From Polynucleobacter sp. (lineage in GTDB: Bacteria > Pseudomonadota > Gammaproteobacteria > Burkholderiales > Burkholderiaceae), in NCBI GenBank assembly GCA_040400535.1, contig JBBAQC010000007.1:34193-98192 (forward strand): a stretch of 64,000 nt of DNA, read 5' to 3'. The translations under genes were made by a program, and so were the position numbers. Positions 20,782-30,234 of this stretch are shown piece by piece. The notes under the pieces are model-generated. The model did no database searches and had not been told where the DNA came from. It was given only the letters and a program-made list of their open reading frames with translations. How positions within the stretch are numbered: position 1 is the stretch's first letter; each line of letters begins with the position of its first letter.

Positions 20782-21579
20782 ATGTCAAAAATTACTGCAC
20801 TTTTTAATGAACTTAAAGCTACCGGGAAAAAAGGGCTGATTCCTTTTATTACTGCAGGAGATCCGGATCCCCAGCTGACTGTTGAGTTGATGCATGCCCT
20901 GGTTCGTGGTGGCGCTGATATCATTGAACTGGGAGTCCCTTTTTCTGACCCAATGGCAGATGGTCCAGTGATTCAACGTTCTTCAGAAAGAGCTCTGAGC
21001 CGGGGTGTGACTTTGCACAGTTGCCTTGATATGGTGAAAGAATTCCGGAAAAGCGACGCAAACACTCCGGTTGTTTTAATGGGTTACGCTAATCCAGTTG
21101 AGCAAATGGGTGCAGAGCGCTTTGCGAGCGAAGCTAAAGCTGCTGGTGTTGATGGTGTTTTGATTGTGGATTACCCGCCAGAAGAGTGTGTTGATTTTGC
21201 AGCTCGTATGCGTACAGCGGGTGTTGACCCTATTTTTCTATTAGCTCCGACTTCATCATCAGATCGTATTAAAGAAGCGGCCAAAATAGCTGCTGGTTAT
21301 ATTTATTACGTCTCTATGCGTGGCGTCACTGGCGCCTCCCATCTCAACGCCCAAGATGTAGCCAGCAATATCCCTAAAATCCGCGAAGCAACGTCTATTC
21401 CAATTGCGGTAGGTTTTGGTATCAATGATGCGCAAAGTGCCCGTACAGTCTCAAAAACAGCAGATGCAGTAGTGATTGGCAGTCGAATTATTCGCCTTTT
21501 GGAGGATTCTCCCCCTGGGCAGGCGGTACAATCACTCGAAACCTTCATACGCGAAATTCGCGACGCTTTAGATAGTTAA
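20782..21579 (+). CDS. trpA: Tryptophan synthase alpha chain
   Basis: [14 protein letters not shown] motif. Confidence 0.97.
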   Translation: MSKITALFNELKATGKKGLIPFITAGDPDPQLTVELMHALVRGGADIIELGVPFSDPMADGPVIQRSSERALSRGVTLHSCLDMVKEFRKSDANTPVVLMGYANPVEQMGAERFASEAKAAGVDGVLIVDYPPEECVDFAARMRTAGVDPIFLLAPTSSSDRIKEAAKIAAGYIYYVSMRGVTGASHLNAQDVASNIPKIREATSIPIAVGFGINDAQSARTVSKTADAVVIGSRIIRLLEDSPPGQAVQSLETFIREIRDALDS

Positions 21580-21601
21580 TGCACTGGATAGTTAAAGACT
21601 G

Positions 21602-22489
21602 ATGAGCTGGATCGATAAATTATTACCCCCGCAGATCCAGCATACGGATCCTGCCAATCGCAAATCTGTACCCGAAGGTCTATGGGTTAAATGCCCCAGC
21701 TGTGAAACTGTCCTTTACAGCACTGATATTGAAGCCAATTTATCGGTCTGTCCAAAATGTAGTCACCATATGCGTATCGGCGCACGCCAACGACTCGATA
21801 GTCTCTTGGACCCCAAAGGGCGCTATGAGATTGGTGCCGATATTTTTCCACTAGATCCACTGAAATTCAAAGACTCCAAGAAATATCCTGATCGCTTAAA
21901 AGAAGCAAGCGATGCTTCTGGTGAATCAGAGGCTTTGATTGTGATGGGTGGTAAATTAGAAAATATTCCCGTGGTAGCAGCCTGTTTTGAATTTCAGTAC
22001 ATGGGTGGCTCTATGGGCTCTGTTGTTGGTGAGCGGTTTGCTCGCGGTGTGCAAGAAGCGATCGCTAAAAAGTGTGCTTTTATTTGTGTCACAGCAACTG
22101 GTGGTGCACGTATGCAAGAAAGCTTGCTGTCTTTATTTCAGATGGCTAAGACGAATTCGATGTTGACCTTGCTTTCTAAAAAAGGCTTGCCCTACATCAG
22201 TGTGCTTACTGACCCAACGATGGGTGGAATTTCTGCGAGTTTCGCCTTCATGGGCGATGTAGTGATGGCTGAACCAAAAGCATTAATTGGTTTTGCAGGT
22301 CCGCGGGTGATTGAGCAAACTGTGCGCGAAACATTACCAGAGGGCTTTCAGCGCTCTGAATTTCTGATGCAAAAGGGCGGCATTGACATGATCGTGGATC
22401 GCCGCCAAATGCGTAGTGAGATTGCCCGTTTGCTAGCTTTACTACAGCAGCTGCCTGAGCCTGCCACTGCAGGTAGCGCCGCCGCATAA
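21602..22489 (+). CDS. accD: Acetyl-CoA carboxylase carboxyltransferase beta subunit
   Basis: N-terminal zinc ribbon CPSC...CPKC and a carboxyltransferase domain. Confidence 0.97.
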   Translation: MSWIDKLLPPQIQHTDPANRKSVPEGLWVKCPSCETVLYSTDIEANLSVCPKCSHHMRIGARQRLDSLLDPKGRYEIGADIFPLDPLKFKDSKKYPDRLKEASDASGESEALIVMGGKLENIPVVAACFEFQYMGGSMGSVVGERFARGVQEAIAKKCAFICVTATGGARMQESLLSLFQMAKTNSMLTLLSKKGLPYISVLTDPTMGGISASFAFMGDVVMAEPKALIGFAGPRVIEQTVRETLPEGFQRSEFLMQKGGIDMIVDRRQMRSEIARLLALLQQLPEPATAGSAAA

Positions 22490-22494
22490 AGCGC

Positions 22495-23820
22495 TTGAGC
22501 CCTACCCAGCAACCCCCCATTATTTTCTCTAGCCTCGCGGCTTGGCTTAGTCACCTCGAAACAGCTCACCCTGTCGGGATCGATATGGGACTTGAGCGAA
22601 TTCTGCGTGTTAAGGAGGCGCTCGGTCTAAGCTTTGCTTGTCCAATTATTACAGTGGCGGGTACTAATGGTAAGGGCTCTACCTGCGCTTATTTGGAAGC
22701 TATATTGCTTGCCTCAGGATATAAGGTGGGTTGCCATATGTCACCACACTTGCTCTCGTTTAATGAACGAGCGCGGGTGAATGGTGAAGAAGTGAAAGAT
22801 GAATTATTGTTAGAGCACTTTACAGCGGTAGAAAATGCTCGTATTAGCCTCATGGATGCGCCTACTCTGACGTATTTTGAATTCACTACCTTGGCCATCA
22901 TGCATTTATTTTCCAAGGCAAATTTAGATGCCGTGGTGCTTGAAGTCGGTATGGGTGGTCGTTTAGATGCAGTCAATATTGTGGATGCGGATTGTGCAAT
23001 CGTCACCAGCATCGATATTGATCATGCAGAATTTTTAGGTAATACGCGCGAACTGATCGGCTTTGAAAAAGCAGGCATTTTTCGTTCAGGCGCTATCGCA
23101 GTTTGTGGCGATCCCGTAGCACCGCAATCTTTAATTGAGCATGCTGAAAAATTGGGTTGCGATCTCTGGCTTCAGGGTCGGGACTACAACTTTCAGGGGG
23201 ATAAACAGCAGTGGGGTTGGGCAGGACGTCAAAAGCGTTTTAGTGGCCTAGGCTATCCTGCTTTGCGTGGCGCTAATCAAATCCTGAATGCTTCTGCAGT
23301 AATTGCTGCTTTGATGGCTCTACATCCACGTTTGCCTGTCAGCGCTCAAGATATTCGTAATGGATTTGCCTTAGTAGAGTTACCGGGGCGCTTTCAGGTG
23401 CTACCAGGCCAACCTACCGTGGTGCTCGATGTGGCTCACAACCCTCATGCTGCCGCCACCCTTGGTCAAGGCCTAGAAAAAATGGGCTATCACCCCTATA
23501 CCTATGCCATATTCGGTGCGATGGCCGATAAAGATATTGCCGGCGTCATAAAGCCTCTATTGGATAGCGTAGATTTTTGGTTTTGCACGGATTTACCAAC
23601 CCCACGTGCAGCTAGCGCGCAGTCCTTATCGGAAAGCCTGACAACCTTGGGGGTAGCGCTTAAAAATGGTGCGGATGGTGGGATTGAGTGCTTTTCAGAT
23701 CCGGCGGCAGCTTATCAAAAAGCCCTTTCTAAAGCAGGTGAGGGTGATAGAATTGTGATCTTCGGATCCTTCTATACCGTTGCCGGCGTAATGGCATATC
23801 GAAATAACCAGGCCCATTGA
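22495..23820 (+). CDS. folC: Bifunctional folylpolyglutamate synthase/dihydrofolate synthase
   Basis: P-loop GTNGKGST. A TTG start fits the expected N-terminal length. Confidence 0.92.
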   Translation: MSPTQQPPIIFSSLAAWLSHLETAHPVGIDMGLERILRVKEALGLSFACPIITVAGTNGKGSTCAYLEAILLASGYKVGCHMSPHLLSFNERARVNGEEVKDELLLEHFTAVENARISLMDAPTLTYFEFTTLAIMHLFSKANLDAVVLEVGMGGRLDAVNIVDADCAIVTSIDIDHAEFLGNTRELIGFEKAGIFRSGAIAVCGDPVAPQSLIEHAEKLGCDLWLQGRDYNFQGDKQQWGWAGRQKRFSGLGYPALRGANQILNASAVIAALMALHPRLPVSAQDIRNGFALVELPGRFQVLPGQPTVVLDVAHNPHAAATLGQGLEKMGYHPYTYAIFGAMADKDIAGVIKPLLDSVDFWFCTDLPTPRAASAQSLSESLTTLGVALKNGADGGIECFSDPAAAYQKALSKAGEGDRIVIFGSFYTVAGVMAYRNNQAH

Positions 23821-23823
23821 TCC

Positions 23824-24609
23824 ATGATTCGTTTACCGAAGCTTTTTAAGCGGAACCCTGAGACTGAAGATCTCGACCGAGATTCAGTCAGGGGTCGTCG
23901 TACTGTGAATCGCCTTGCCCCCCGAAGTTTCCAACGTGCTCAAGAAAATGAAGAGCTTGCTCTTACTGAAGATCCTGAACAACAACGTGCGCGTCATCGT
24001 CTGATTGGTGCTGCTGTATTGGTCTTAATTGCGGTGGTTGGTCTTCCCCGCGTGCTAGATAACAAACCCAAGTCTGTTAATAACGATATTGCAATCAATA
24101 TTGTTACCAGTTTGCCCGCTCCCAATGCAGCAATGCCTGCTGATGAAGAAAAGAGCAAGCCGGCCCCAGTGATTGAAGCGCCAGTAAAAAAAGAAATTAC
24201 TCTAGCTAAAGAAGCAGTGGTGACCCCGCCTGGTGAAAGCAAGCCAGATGCTAAATCTTCATCGGCAGCATCTAAAGCAAACTCGATTGGCTTAGCTGTT
24301 GGCGAAGAGGTAGTTGATGCCGCGAATTCGAAATCCAAAACTGAAGAGCTGCCCAAAAAAGCAGGTCCAGGTAAGTACGTCATTCAAATCGGTGCTTTTG
24401 CATCTGAAGAGCGCGCTAAGGGTTGGATCAGCAAGATGAAGGAGCAAAAGATTCCGAATTACGTATTAAATAAAACAGGCGCTGATGGTGTCAAGTTATA
24501 TGTTCTCAGGGCAGGTCCATTTGTCGATAAGGATGCAGCTGAAGCTGCTGAGAAAAAAGTAAAAGAGATGGGTCTATCTCCAAGACTAGTTGAGGTGGGA
24601 GCGCCTTAA
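23824..24609 (+). CDS. SPOR-domain cell-division protein (DedD-like)
   Basis: One TM helix, a Pro/Lys/Ala-rich linker and a C-terminal SPOR domain (YVIQIGAFASEERAKGW...YVLRAGPF). It occupies the folC-dedD-cvpA-purF position. Confidence 0.8.
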   Translation: MIRLPKLFKRNPETEDLDRDSVRGRRTVNRLAPRSFQRAQENEELALTEDPEQQRARHRLIGAAVLVLIAVVGLPRVLDNKPKSVNNDIAINIVTSLPAPNAAMPADEEKSKPAPVIEAPVKKEITLAKEAVVTPPGESKPDAKSSSAASKANSIGLAVGEEVVDAANSKSKTEELPKKAGPGKYVIQIGAFASEERAKGWISKMKEQKIPNYVLNKTGADGVKLYVLRAGPFVDKDAAEAAEKKVKEMGLSPRLVEVGAP

Positions 24610-25175
24610 TGGAATACTTATCCACCCTGCAGTTAACTATGGTGGATTACTTCACTTTAGTCGTATTACTCATATCTGCTTTGGTGGGTATCTCACGCGG
24701 ATTTTTTAAAGAAGTACTAGCACTGGCCTCTTGGTTCATAGCCGCTTGGGTTGCTTATCACTACACCAGCTATCTCTCCCTTGAGTGGTTATCGACCTTT
24801 CAGATGGATGAGCTCTTGAGTTTGGCAGTGAGCTTTCTCATACTATTCATTTTGACTTTAGTCGCTTGTGGACTGGTGGGTAATTTGATTCAAAAAGTTA
24901 TTTTGTCTGCAGGCTTAAGCATGACAGATCGGTTCTTAGGTCTTGTGTTCGGTCTGGCAAGGGGTTGTTTGGTAATGGTGGTGATTGCTACCTTAGCTGC
25001 ACTGACCCCTGTACCCCAAAGCGTGGCTTGGCAAAAAGCGCTTACTCGCCCAGCTATTGATGCGGCAACTAATTTAATTAAAGGCTGGTTGCCTGCTGAC
25101 TGGGCAAAGCAATTAGGGGCGGCGATGCCCAAAATTACACCCACCGTTACACCTTCACTAACAATAGGAATATAG
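24609..25175 (+). CDS. cvpA: CvpA-family membrane protein (colicin V production protein)
   Basis: 188 aa, four TM helices, conserved position upstream of purF. TAATG overlap with the preceding gene. Confidence 0.88.
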   Translation: MEYLSTLQLTMVDYFTLVVLLISALVGISRGFFKEVLALASWFIAAWVAYHYTSYLSLEWLSTFQMDELLSLAVSFLILFILTLVACGLVGNLIQKVILSAGLSMTDRFLGLVFGLARGCLVMVVIATLAALTPVPQSVAWQKALTRPAIDAATNLIKGWLPADWAKQLGAAMPKITPTVTPSLTIGI

Positions 25176-25179
25176 GCTT

Positions 25180-26718
25180 ATGTGCGGCGTCGTTGGAACA
25201 GTTTCCCACTCCTCAGTGAATCAGCTGATTTATGATGCATTGTTGCTCTTGCAACATCGTGGTCAAGATGCAGCGGGCATGGCCACCATGAATGGCAATT
25301 CATTCACGATGCATAAAGCCAATGGTCTAGTGCGAGACGTATTTAGAACTCGCAATATGCGAAGTCTGATAGGTAGCGCTGGGATTGGACAGGTTCGCTA
25401 TCCAACTGCTGGCTCCGCAAGCAGTGAAGAAGAGGCTCAACCATTTTATGTCAGCGCTCCTTACGGTATTATTTTGGCGCACAACGGCAATCTCACGAAT
25501 GCTGCTAGTTTGCGGGTTGAGATGGCCTATCGTGATCGCCGCCACATCAATACCAGCTCAGATACAGAAGTGTTATTAAACGTATTGGCTGATGAGCTTC
25601 AAAAAGAAACCAATAGCGCAGCTCTTGATGAGGGTGCTATGTTCAATGCCGTTACGCAGCTGACTAAGCGAATTAAAGGCTCCTACGCCGTTGTTTCTTT
25701 AATTGCGGGTTATGGTTTATTGGCCTTTCGGGATCCATATGGTATTCGTCCTTTATGCATTGGGCGGATTGATACCTCCAAAGGGCCAGAGTGGATGATT
25801 GCCTCTGAATCGGTTGCACTAGATGGCTTGGGTTTTACCTTTGTGCGTGATGTGAATCCCGGTGAAGCGATCTATATTGATTTAGATGGTAATTTTTCTT
25901 CGCGACAGTGTGTAGCCGATGCGGTGCTGGCGCCTTGTATTTTTGAGTACGTTTATATGGCTCGTCCTGATTCCACTATTGATGGGGTCACGGTTTATAA
26001 CGTACGGATGCGCATGGGCGACTATCTTGCCGAGAAGATTCGTAAAGAAACGATCCCAGGAGAAATTGATGTCGTGATGCCGATTCCGGACTCTAGCCGT
26101 CCCGCAGCGATGCAGGTTGCTAAGCGTCTTGGAGTTGATTATCGCGAAGGCTTCTTTAAGAATCGTTATATCGGTAGAACTTTTATCATGCCAGGGCAAG
26201 CCGTTCGTAAGAAATCTGTACGCCAAAAACTCAATGCGATGCGAATTGAGTTTAAGGATAAAACGGTACTGATTGTGGATGACTCAATTGTGCGGGGGAC
26301 GACCTCATTTGAGATTGTGCAGATGGCGCGCGAGTCGGGTGCTAAGAAGGTAATTTTTGCTTCTGCAGCTCCCCCAGTGCGATTCCCTAACGTCTATGGT
26401 ATCGATATGCCAACTCGAAGTGAATTAGTGGCGTATGGCCGTACTGATGAAGAGATCAACAAGATGATTGGTGCAGATCAGTTGATCTATCAGAGTGTTG
26501 AGGATATGAAGCAGGCAGTCAGAGACATTAATCCCAATATTGTGCAGTTCGAAGCCTCTTGCTTCGATGGCAACTACATTACGGGCGATATTAATGAGTC
26601 CTATCTGGATGCTTTAGAAGCTGCTCGCAATACTTCAGAAGCCCAAGCAGATCGCCAGCGTGACTCTAGCGACTTTGCCCGCTCACAATTACACCTGCAT
26701 TTGGCTACCGAAGACTAA
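25180..26718 (+). CDS. purF: Amidophosphoribosyltransferase
   Basis: MCGVVG N-terminal nucleophile and a PRPP-binding motif (VLIVDDSIVRGTT). Confidence 0.97.
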   Translation: MCGVVGTVSHSSVNQLIYDALLLLQHRGQDAAGMATMNGNSFTMHKANGLVRDVFRTRNMRSLIGSAGIGQVRYPTAGSASSEEEAQPFYVSAPYGIILAHNGNLTNAASLRVEMAYRDRRHINTSSDTEVLLNVLADELQKETNSAALDEGAMFNAVTQLTKRIKGSYAVVSLIAGYGLLAFRDPYGIRPLCIGRIDTSKGPEWMIASESVALDGLGFTFVRDVNPGEAIYIDLDGNFSSRQCVADAVLAPCIFEYVYMARPDSTIDGVTVYNVRMRMGDYLAEKIRKETIPGEIDVVMPIPDSSRPAAMQVAKRLGVDYREGFFKNRYIGRTFIMPGQAVRKKSVRQKLNAMRIEFKDKTVLIVDDSIVRGTTSFEIVQMARESGAKKVIFASAAPPVRFPNVYGIDMPTRSELVAYGRTDEEINKMIGADQLIYQSVEDMKQAVRDINPNIVQFEASCFDGNYITGDINESYLDALEAARNTSEAQADRQRDSSDFARSQLHLHLATED

Positions 26719-26734
26719 AAACAACGCTCAAGTT

Positions 26735-26765
26735 CCTCGGACGTAGGTGTCCGAGGCAATTTTGT
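26735..26765 (+). terminator. Probable intrinsic terminator after purF
   Basis: CCTCGGAC-GTAGGT-GTCCGAGG (8-bp stem) followed by CAATTTTGT. The T-tract is interrupted. Confidence 0.5.
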
Positions 26766-26787
26766 AATTCGGTGTCAAAATAGCATC

Positions 26788-27996
26788 ATGAAGAGTAAAA
26801 CACCACGTCAAAAACCAGATTTCACTAAGCTTGCCCTCGAGACCCTTGCGGTTCGTGCAGGTACTCGTCGTACCGCTGAATATCAAGAGCATTCTGAGGC
26901 GATGTTTTTGACCTCCAGCTTTTGTTTTGATAGCGCAGAGCTAGCAGCCGATGGTTTTGCGCATGCAGACCAAGGCTTTATCTATTCTCGTTTTACCAAT
27001 CCAACGGTCAGCATGTTTCAGGATCGTCTTGCCGCCTTAGAGGGTGGTGAGGCTTGTATTGCCACATCCTCTGGAATGGCAGCTATTTTGACAATGGCGA
27101 TGTCTCATCTTCAGGCTGGGGATCACGTTGTTTGTTCTCGATCTGTTTTTGGTGCCACCATTCAGTTATTTACTACGATTTTAGGTCGCTTTGGAATCAC
27201 TACTACTTATGTAGATTTGTCTGATACCAAGGCCTGGCAGAATGCCGTCCAAGAAAATACCAAAATGTTTTATTTAGAAACACCATCCAATCCATTGACT
27301 GAGATTGCCGATATTAAAGCCATTGCGAAGATTGCTAAAAAGGCCAAAGCGCTCTTTGCAGTGGATAACTGTTTTTGTACCCCAGCTTTGCAAAGACCAT
27401 TGGCATTAGGCGCTGATGTAATCATTCATTCAGCTACAAAATATCTTGATGGTCAAGGGCGAGTAGTTGGTGGCGCTATTGTGGGTAGTCGTGATTTCAT
27501 TATGGGAAAAGTGTTCCCCTATGTCAGGACTGCTGGCCCCACGCTTTCTGCATTTAATGCCTGGGTATTTCTGAAAGGTTTGGAGACTCTAGAGTTGCGC
27601 ATGAAGCAGCAAAGTCAAAATGCTTTGGCAATCGCGCAGTGGCTAGAAAAACAGCCAGGAGTAGAGCGTGTTTACCATCCAGGTCTGAAGTCACATCCGC
27701 AGCATGCACTAGCTCAGCGTCAACAAAAAGCGGGTGGGGCGATTTTGTCTTTCACCTTAAAGGGTGGCAAGAAGGCTGCGTTCAAACTGATCAATCAAAC
27801 TAAGTTGTGTTCGATTACTGCAAACTTAGGTGACACTCGTACAACCATCACCCATCCAGCCACAACAACGCATTGCAGAGTCAGTCCTGAAGCCCGTAAG
27901 GCTGCCGGCATTACAGAGGGGCTGGTACGGATTGCTGTTGGTCTGGAGAATGTACTCGATCTAAAAAATGATCTCATTGGTGGACTAAAGAAGTAA
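26788..27996 (+). CDS. metZ: O-succinylhomoserine sulfhydrylase
   Basis: Cys/Met-metabolism PLP enzyme with the PLP-lysine context HSATKYLDGQGR. It sits in the purF-metZ position seen in pseudomonads and Burkholderiales. Confidence 0.9.
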   Translation: MKSKTPRQKPDFTKLALETLAVRAGTRRTAEYQEHSEAMFLTSSFCFDSAELAADGFAHADQGFIYSRFTNPTVSMFQDRLAALEGGEACIATSSGMAAILTMAMSHLQAGDHVVCSRSVFGATIQLFTTILGRFGITTTYVDLSDTKAWQNAVQENTKMFYLETPSNPLTEIADIKAIAKIAKKAKALFAVDNCFCTPALQRPLALGADVIIHSATKYLDGQGRVVGGAIVGSRDFIMGKVFPYVRTAGPTLSAFNAWVFLKGLETLELRMKQQSQNALAIAQWLEKQPGVERVYHPGLKSHPQHALAQRQQKAGGAILSFTLKGGKKAAFKLINQTKLCSITANLGDTRTTITHPATTTHCRVSPEARKAAGITEGLVRIAVGLENVLDLKNDLIGGLKK

Positions 27997-28027
27997 TTTT
28001 TAGATTTATCAATCTGAGGCCAAAAAG

Positions 28028-28651
28028 ATGAGCTTTGCAGATGCGACTCAGTTCTGGAATGCCCGCTTCAATAAGCCTGAGTTCATTTTTGGTAAAGACC
28101 CCAATGAATATCTCGCCGCGCAAGCCACCCAATATCTAAAAGCAGGTGATGCTGTTCTCTGTATTGCCGATGGTGAGGGGCGTAATGGTGTTTGGCTTGC
28201 TAAGCAAGGAATGCAGGTTACGGGATTTGATGTTTCTGATATTGCACTTGCCAAGGCAAAACAATTTGCCGCTGATAACGAAGTCAATATCCAATACAGT
28301 CTTTGTGACACCGATAGCTTTGACTGGCAAGCCAATCAATACGATGCAGTGATTGCGATCTTTATTCAGTTTGCTGATCCGGAGATGCGCGCCAAAATTT
28401 TTAAGCAAGTACATCAGACTTTGAAACCGGGTGGTCTATTGATTCTGCAAGGCTACACCCCGAAACAACTGGAATACAAAACCGGTGGCCCATCACTGTT
28501 AGAGCACCTCTATACAGAAGAAATGATCCGTGAGTTAAGTCAAGATTTTGAAGTAGTCAATCTACAGTGCTACGAAAAAGAATTATCAGAGGGCGCTAGA
28601 CATACTGGTATGTCAGCCTTGCTTGGGATGGTAGCTAAAAAGAGGGCGTAA
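28028..28651 (+). CDS. Class I SAM-dependent methyltransferase (TehB-like architecture)
   Basis: 207 aa. The motif I region reads VLCIADGEGRNGVWLA and the motif post-I reads VTGFDVS. LKPGGLLIL is also present. Confidence 0.8.
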   Translation: MSFADATQFWNARFNKPEFIFGKDPNEYLAAQATQYLKAGDAVLCIADGEGRNGVWLAKQGMQVTGFDVSDIALAKAKQFAADNEVNIQYSLCDTDSFDWQANQYDAVIAIFIQFADPEMRAKIFKQVHQTLKPGGLLILQGYTPKQLEYKTGGPSLLEHLYTEEMIRELSQDFEVVNLQCYEKELSEGARHTGMSALLGMVAKKRA

Positions 28652-28676
28652 AAAAAGCTGCCGAAGCAGCTTTTTG
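28651..28676. terminator. Bidirectional intrinsic terminator between the methyltransferase and the HiPIP gene
   Basis: AAAAAAGCTGC-CGAA-GCAGCTTTTT: a stem with a tetraloop, flanked by A and T tracts. Confidence 0.75.
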
Positions 28677-28691
28677 ATGAAGCGTTACAGC

Positions 28692-29006
28692 TTAAGCGCC
28701 AGCTTTCTTAGCGTAAGCAGAGCACCAGCCTGGGCCAGCAACTTGCTTAGCACCAAACAATGAGCAACCACCAGCAGCAGAACCGGCTTTACCTTGATAC
28801 AAAGCACAGTTGGTACATACCTGACCAGCAGCGTACTTAGGGTACTTTGCTTTATCTACGGTAGTAGCGTTTGCTTTGTAACCCAATGCAACAGCTTGCG
28901 GATCATTTTCAGCAAGCATGGCTTGAGCTTGAACTTGACCGTTCAATGCCAAAGTGCAGGCACCAGCAGCAGATAAAATCATAAATTGGCGACGACTATT
29001 TTGCAT
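28692..29006 (-). CDS. hip: High-potential iron-sulfur protein (HiPIP) with a Tat signal
   Basis: Twin-arginine motif SRRQFM and the 4-Cys pattern CTNCALYQG...C..F...GWCSAY. I moved the start to ATG 29006 (MQNSRRQF), which has a GGAG SD 8 nt upstream. Confidence 0.9.
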   Translation of the reverse strand: MQNSRRQFMILSAAGACTLALNGQVQAQAMLAENDPQAVALGYKANATTVDKAKYPKYAAGQVCTNCALYQGKAGSAAGGCSLFGAKQVAGPGWCSAYAKKAGA

Positions 29007-29040
29007 ATAAAACTCCATTTTTTTGAGAGGGTTATTAAGG

Positions 29041-29055
29041 ATATCGCGACGATAT
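29041..29055. promoter_or_regulatory. Inverted repeat ATATCG-CGA-CGATAT about 35-50 nt upstream of the HiPIP start
   Basis: Read directly from the sequence. It shares the ATATC/GATAT half-site with the palindrome at 30972-30981. Confidence 0.3.
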
Positions 29056-29112
29056 TAGCATATTAATCAAAATACTATTTCTATGCATAGGGTTATAGGT
29101 AATACCCCGTTT

Positions 29113-30234
29113 TCAGTGCCCAATAAAGCGTCTCGGATCATTAATGGGGCGCAAGGGCATGATGTGTATTTGATGGCCATCTAGCTCTAAATTCATTTGA
29201 CTACCGACCTCCATGCTCAGCCTTTTTACTTCGGCTGAGGAAGCCTCCCACTCAATCAGATTTTCACTATCCAGAATACGTAGTTGAATGACTGCTATCT
29301 GGCCTAAGCTACTCATCTTTTCTACTACTGTGGGTATAGAGCTAGTGCTTGGATTGCTATGAACACTTAAGCCACTTTGTGGAATAACCCAAGCAACGCG
29401 CACGTTCGGAGGGATCTTACCCTTATCAGTAGCGCTAAACACTTTAGTGCAACCATCCCAACTAAGGCTGCCCGCATTAAACATGCCATGAAACATATTA
29501 CTAATACCCACTAGTGCAGCCACTCGAGAATTTCTGGGCTTTTGAAACAGGACCTGTGGGGCGGCGGTTTGCAGGCTAACGCCTTGGTCTATGACAGTAA
29601 TCTGGTCAGCGAGTAAATCAGCCTCACGTAAGTCATGGGTTACTAATAGGATGGGTATGTTGAGATCTTTGCGAAGATCTGCGAGGGTCTTATACAGACT
29701 CTGGCGTGTTGGGGCATCGATGGCTGAAAAAGGCTCATCTAAGAGTAAGACCTTTGGCTGTCTTGCTAAAGCTCGCGCTAAGGCAACCCGTTGCTGTTGC
29801 CCTCCTGAAAGCTGGTGCGGCATTCTTAAGGCGAGCTCACCAATGCCCATGCGCTTCAGTAAATCTAGACTGATCTCCTGACGTGCAGTGATATTTAAAC
29901 CAGAGTTTTGCAGGGGTATGGAGACATTCCCTAGGGCATTGAGGTGTGGAAAGAGGGCGTATTGCTGAAATAGAAAACCGCATGAGCGTCCTGCGGGTGA
30001 TAGTTGCTGATGCTGATGCTGATGAGGGGTTCCTGGCCCATTGGCCTCAAACCAGATTTCTCCATTGCACTCAATTTTTCCGCTGAGGGGGTTATTCAGG
30101 CCAGCAATGGTTCTTAGTACCGAAGTTTTTCCACTGCCAGAAGGTCCTACTAGGGCATGTAATTCACCTGGTGCGCACTCTAGATCAATCTTTAAGGGAT
30201 TAGGTGAGCTTTGTTCAATCTTGACCTTCAACAT
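29113..30234 (-). CDS. ABC transporter ATP-binding protein, ModC-like (molybdate/tungstate/sulfate type) with a C-terminal TOBE-like domain
   Basis: Walker [10 protein letters not shown], signature LSGGQQQRV and Walker B LLLDEP. It carries an unusual HQHQHQQ insert before the Q-loop. TGATG overlap with the permease gene. Confidence 0.85.
   Translation of the reverse strand: MLKVKIEQSSPNPLKIDLECAPGELHALVGPSGSGKTSVLRTIAGLNNPLSGKIECNGEIWFEANGPGTPHQHQHQQLSPAGRSCGFLFQQYALFPHLNALGNVSIPLQNSGLNITARQEISLDLLKRMGIGELALRMPHQLSGGQQQRVALARALARQPKVLLLDEPFSAIDAPTRQSLYKTLADLRKDLNIPILLVTHDLREADLLADQITVIDQGVSLQTAAPQVLFQKPRNSRVAALVGISNMFHGMFNAGSLSWDGCTKVFSATDKGKIPPNVRVAWVIPQSGLSVHSNPSTSSIPTVVEKMSSLGQIAVIQLRILDSENLIEWEASSAEVKRLSMEVGSQMNLELDGHQIHIMPLRPINDPRRFIGH
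30006..30023 (-). repeat. Perfect hexanucleotide repeat (GCTGAT)3, equal to (CATCAG)3 on the coding strand, encoding His-Gln x3
   Basis: Read directly: ttGCTGATGCTGATGCTGATgagg. It is in frame within the ABC ATPase. Confidence 0.95.

Noticed and set aside
23994-24383. Long antisense shadow ORFs inside well-supported genes. Examples: 23994-24383, 17362-17736, 32498-32917, 36747-37127, 11411-11761, 9289-9633 and 53000-53353.
   Set aside because: All lie opposite strongly conserved coding frames. They have low-complexity or Arg/Ser/Ala-biased translations, no SD and no recognisable motif, as expected for frame-shadow ORFs.
29081-29090. Perfect 10-bp palindrome CTATGCATAG just downstream of the modC-like stop.
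   Set aside because: It is isolated, has no partner site or T-tract, and could arise by chance in AT-rich intergenic DNA. It contains an NsiI-type ATGCAT core, but there is no evidence of function.
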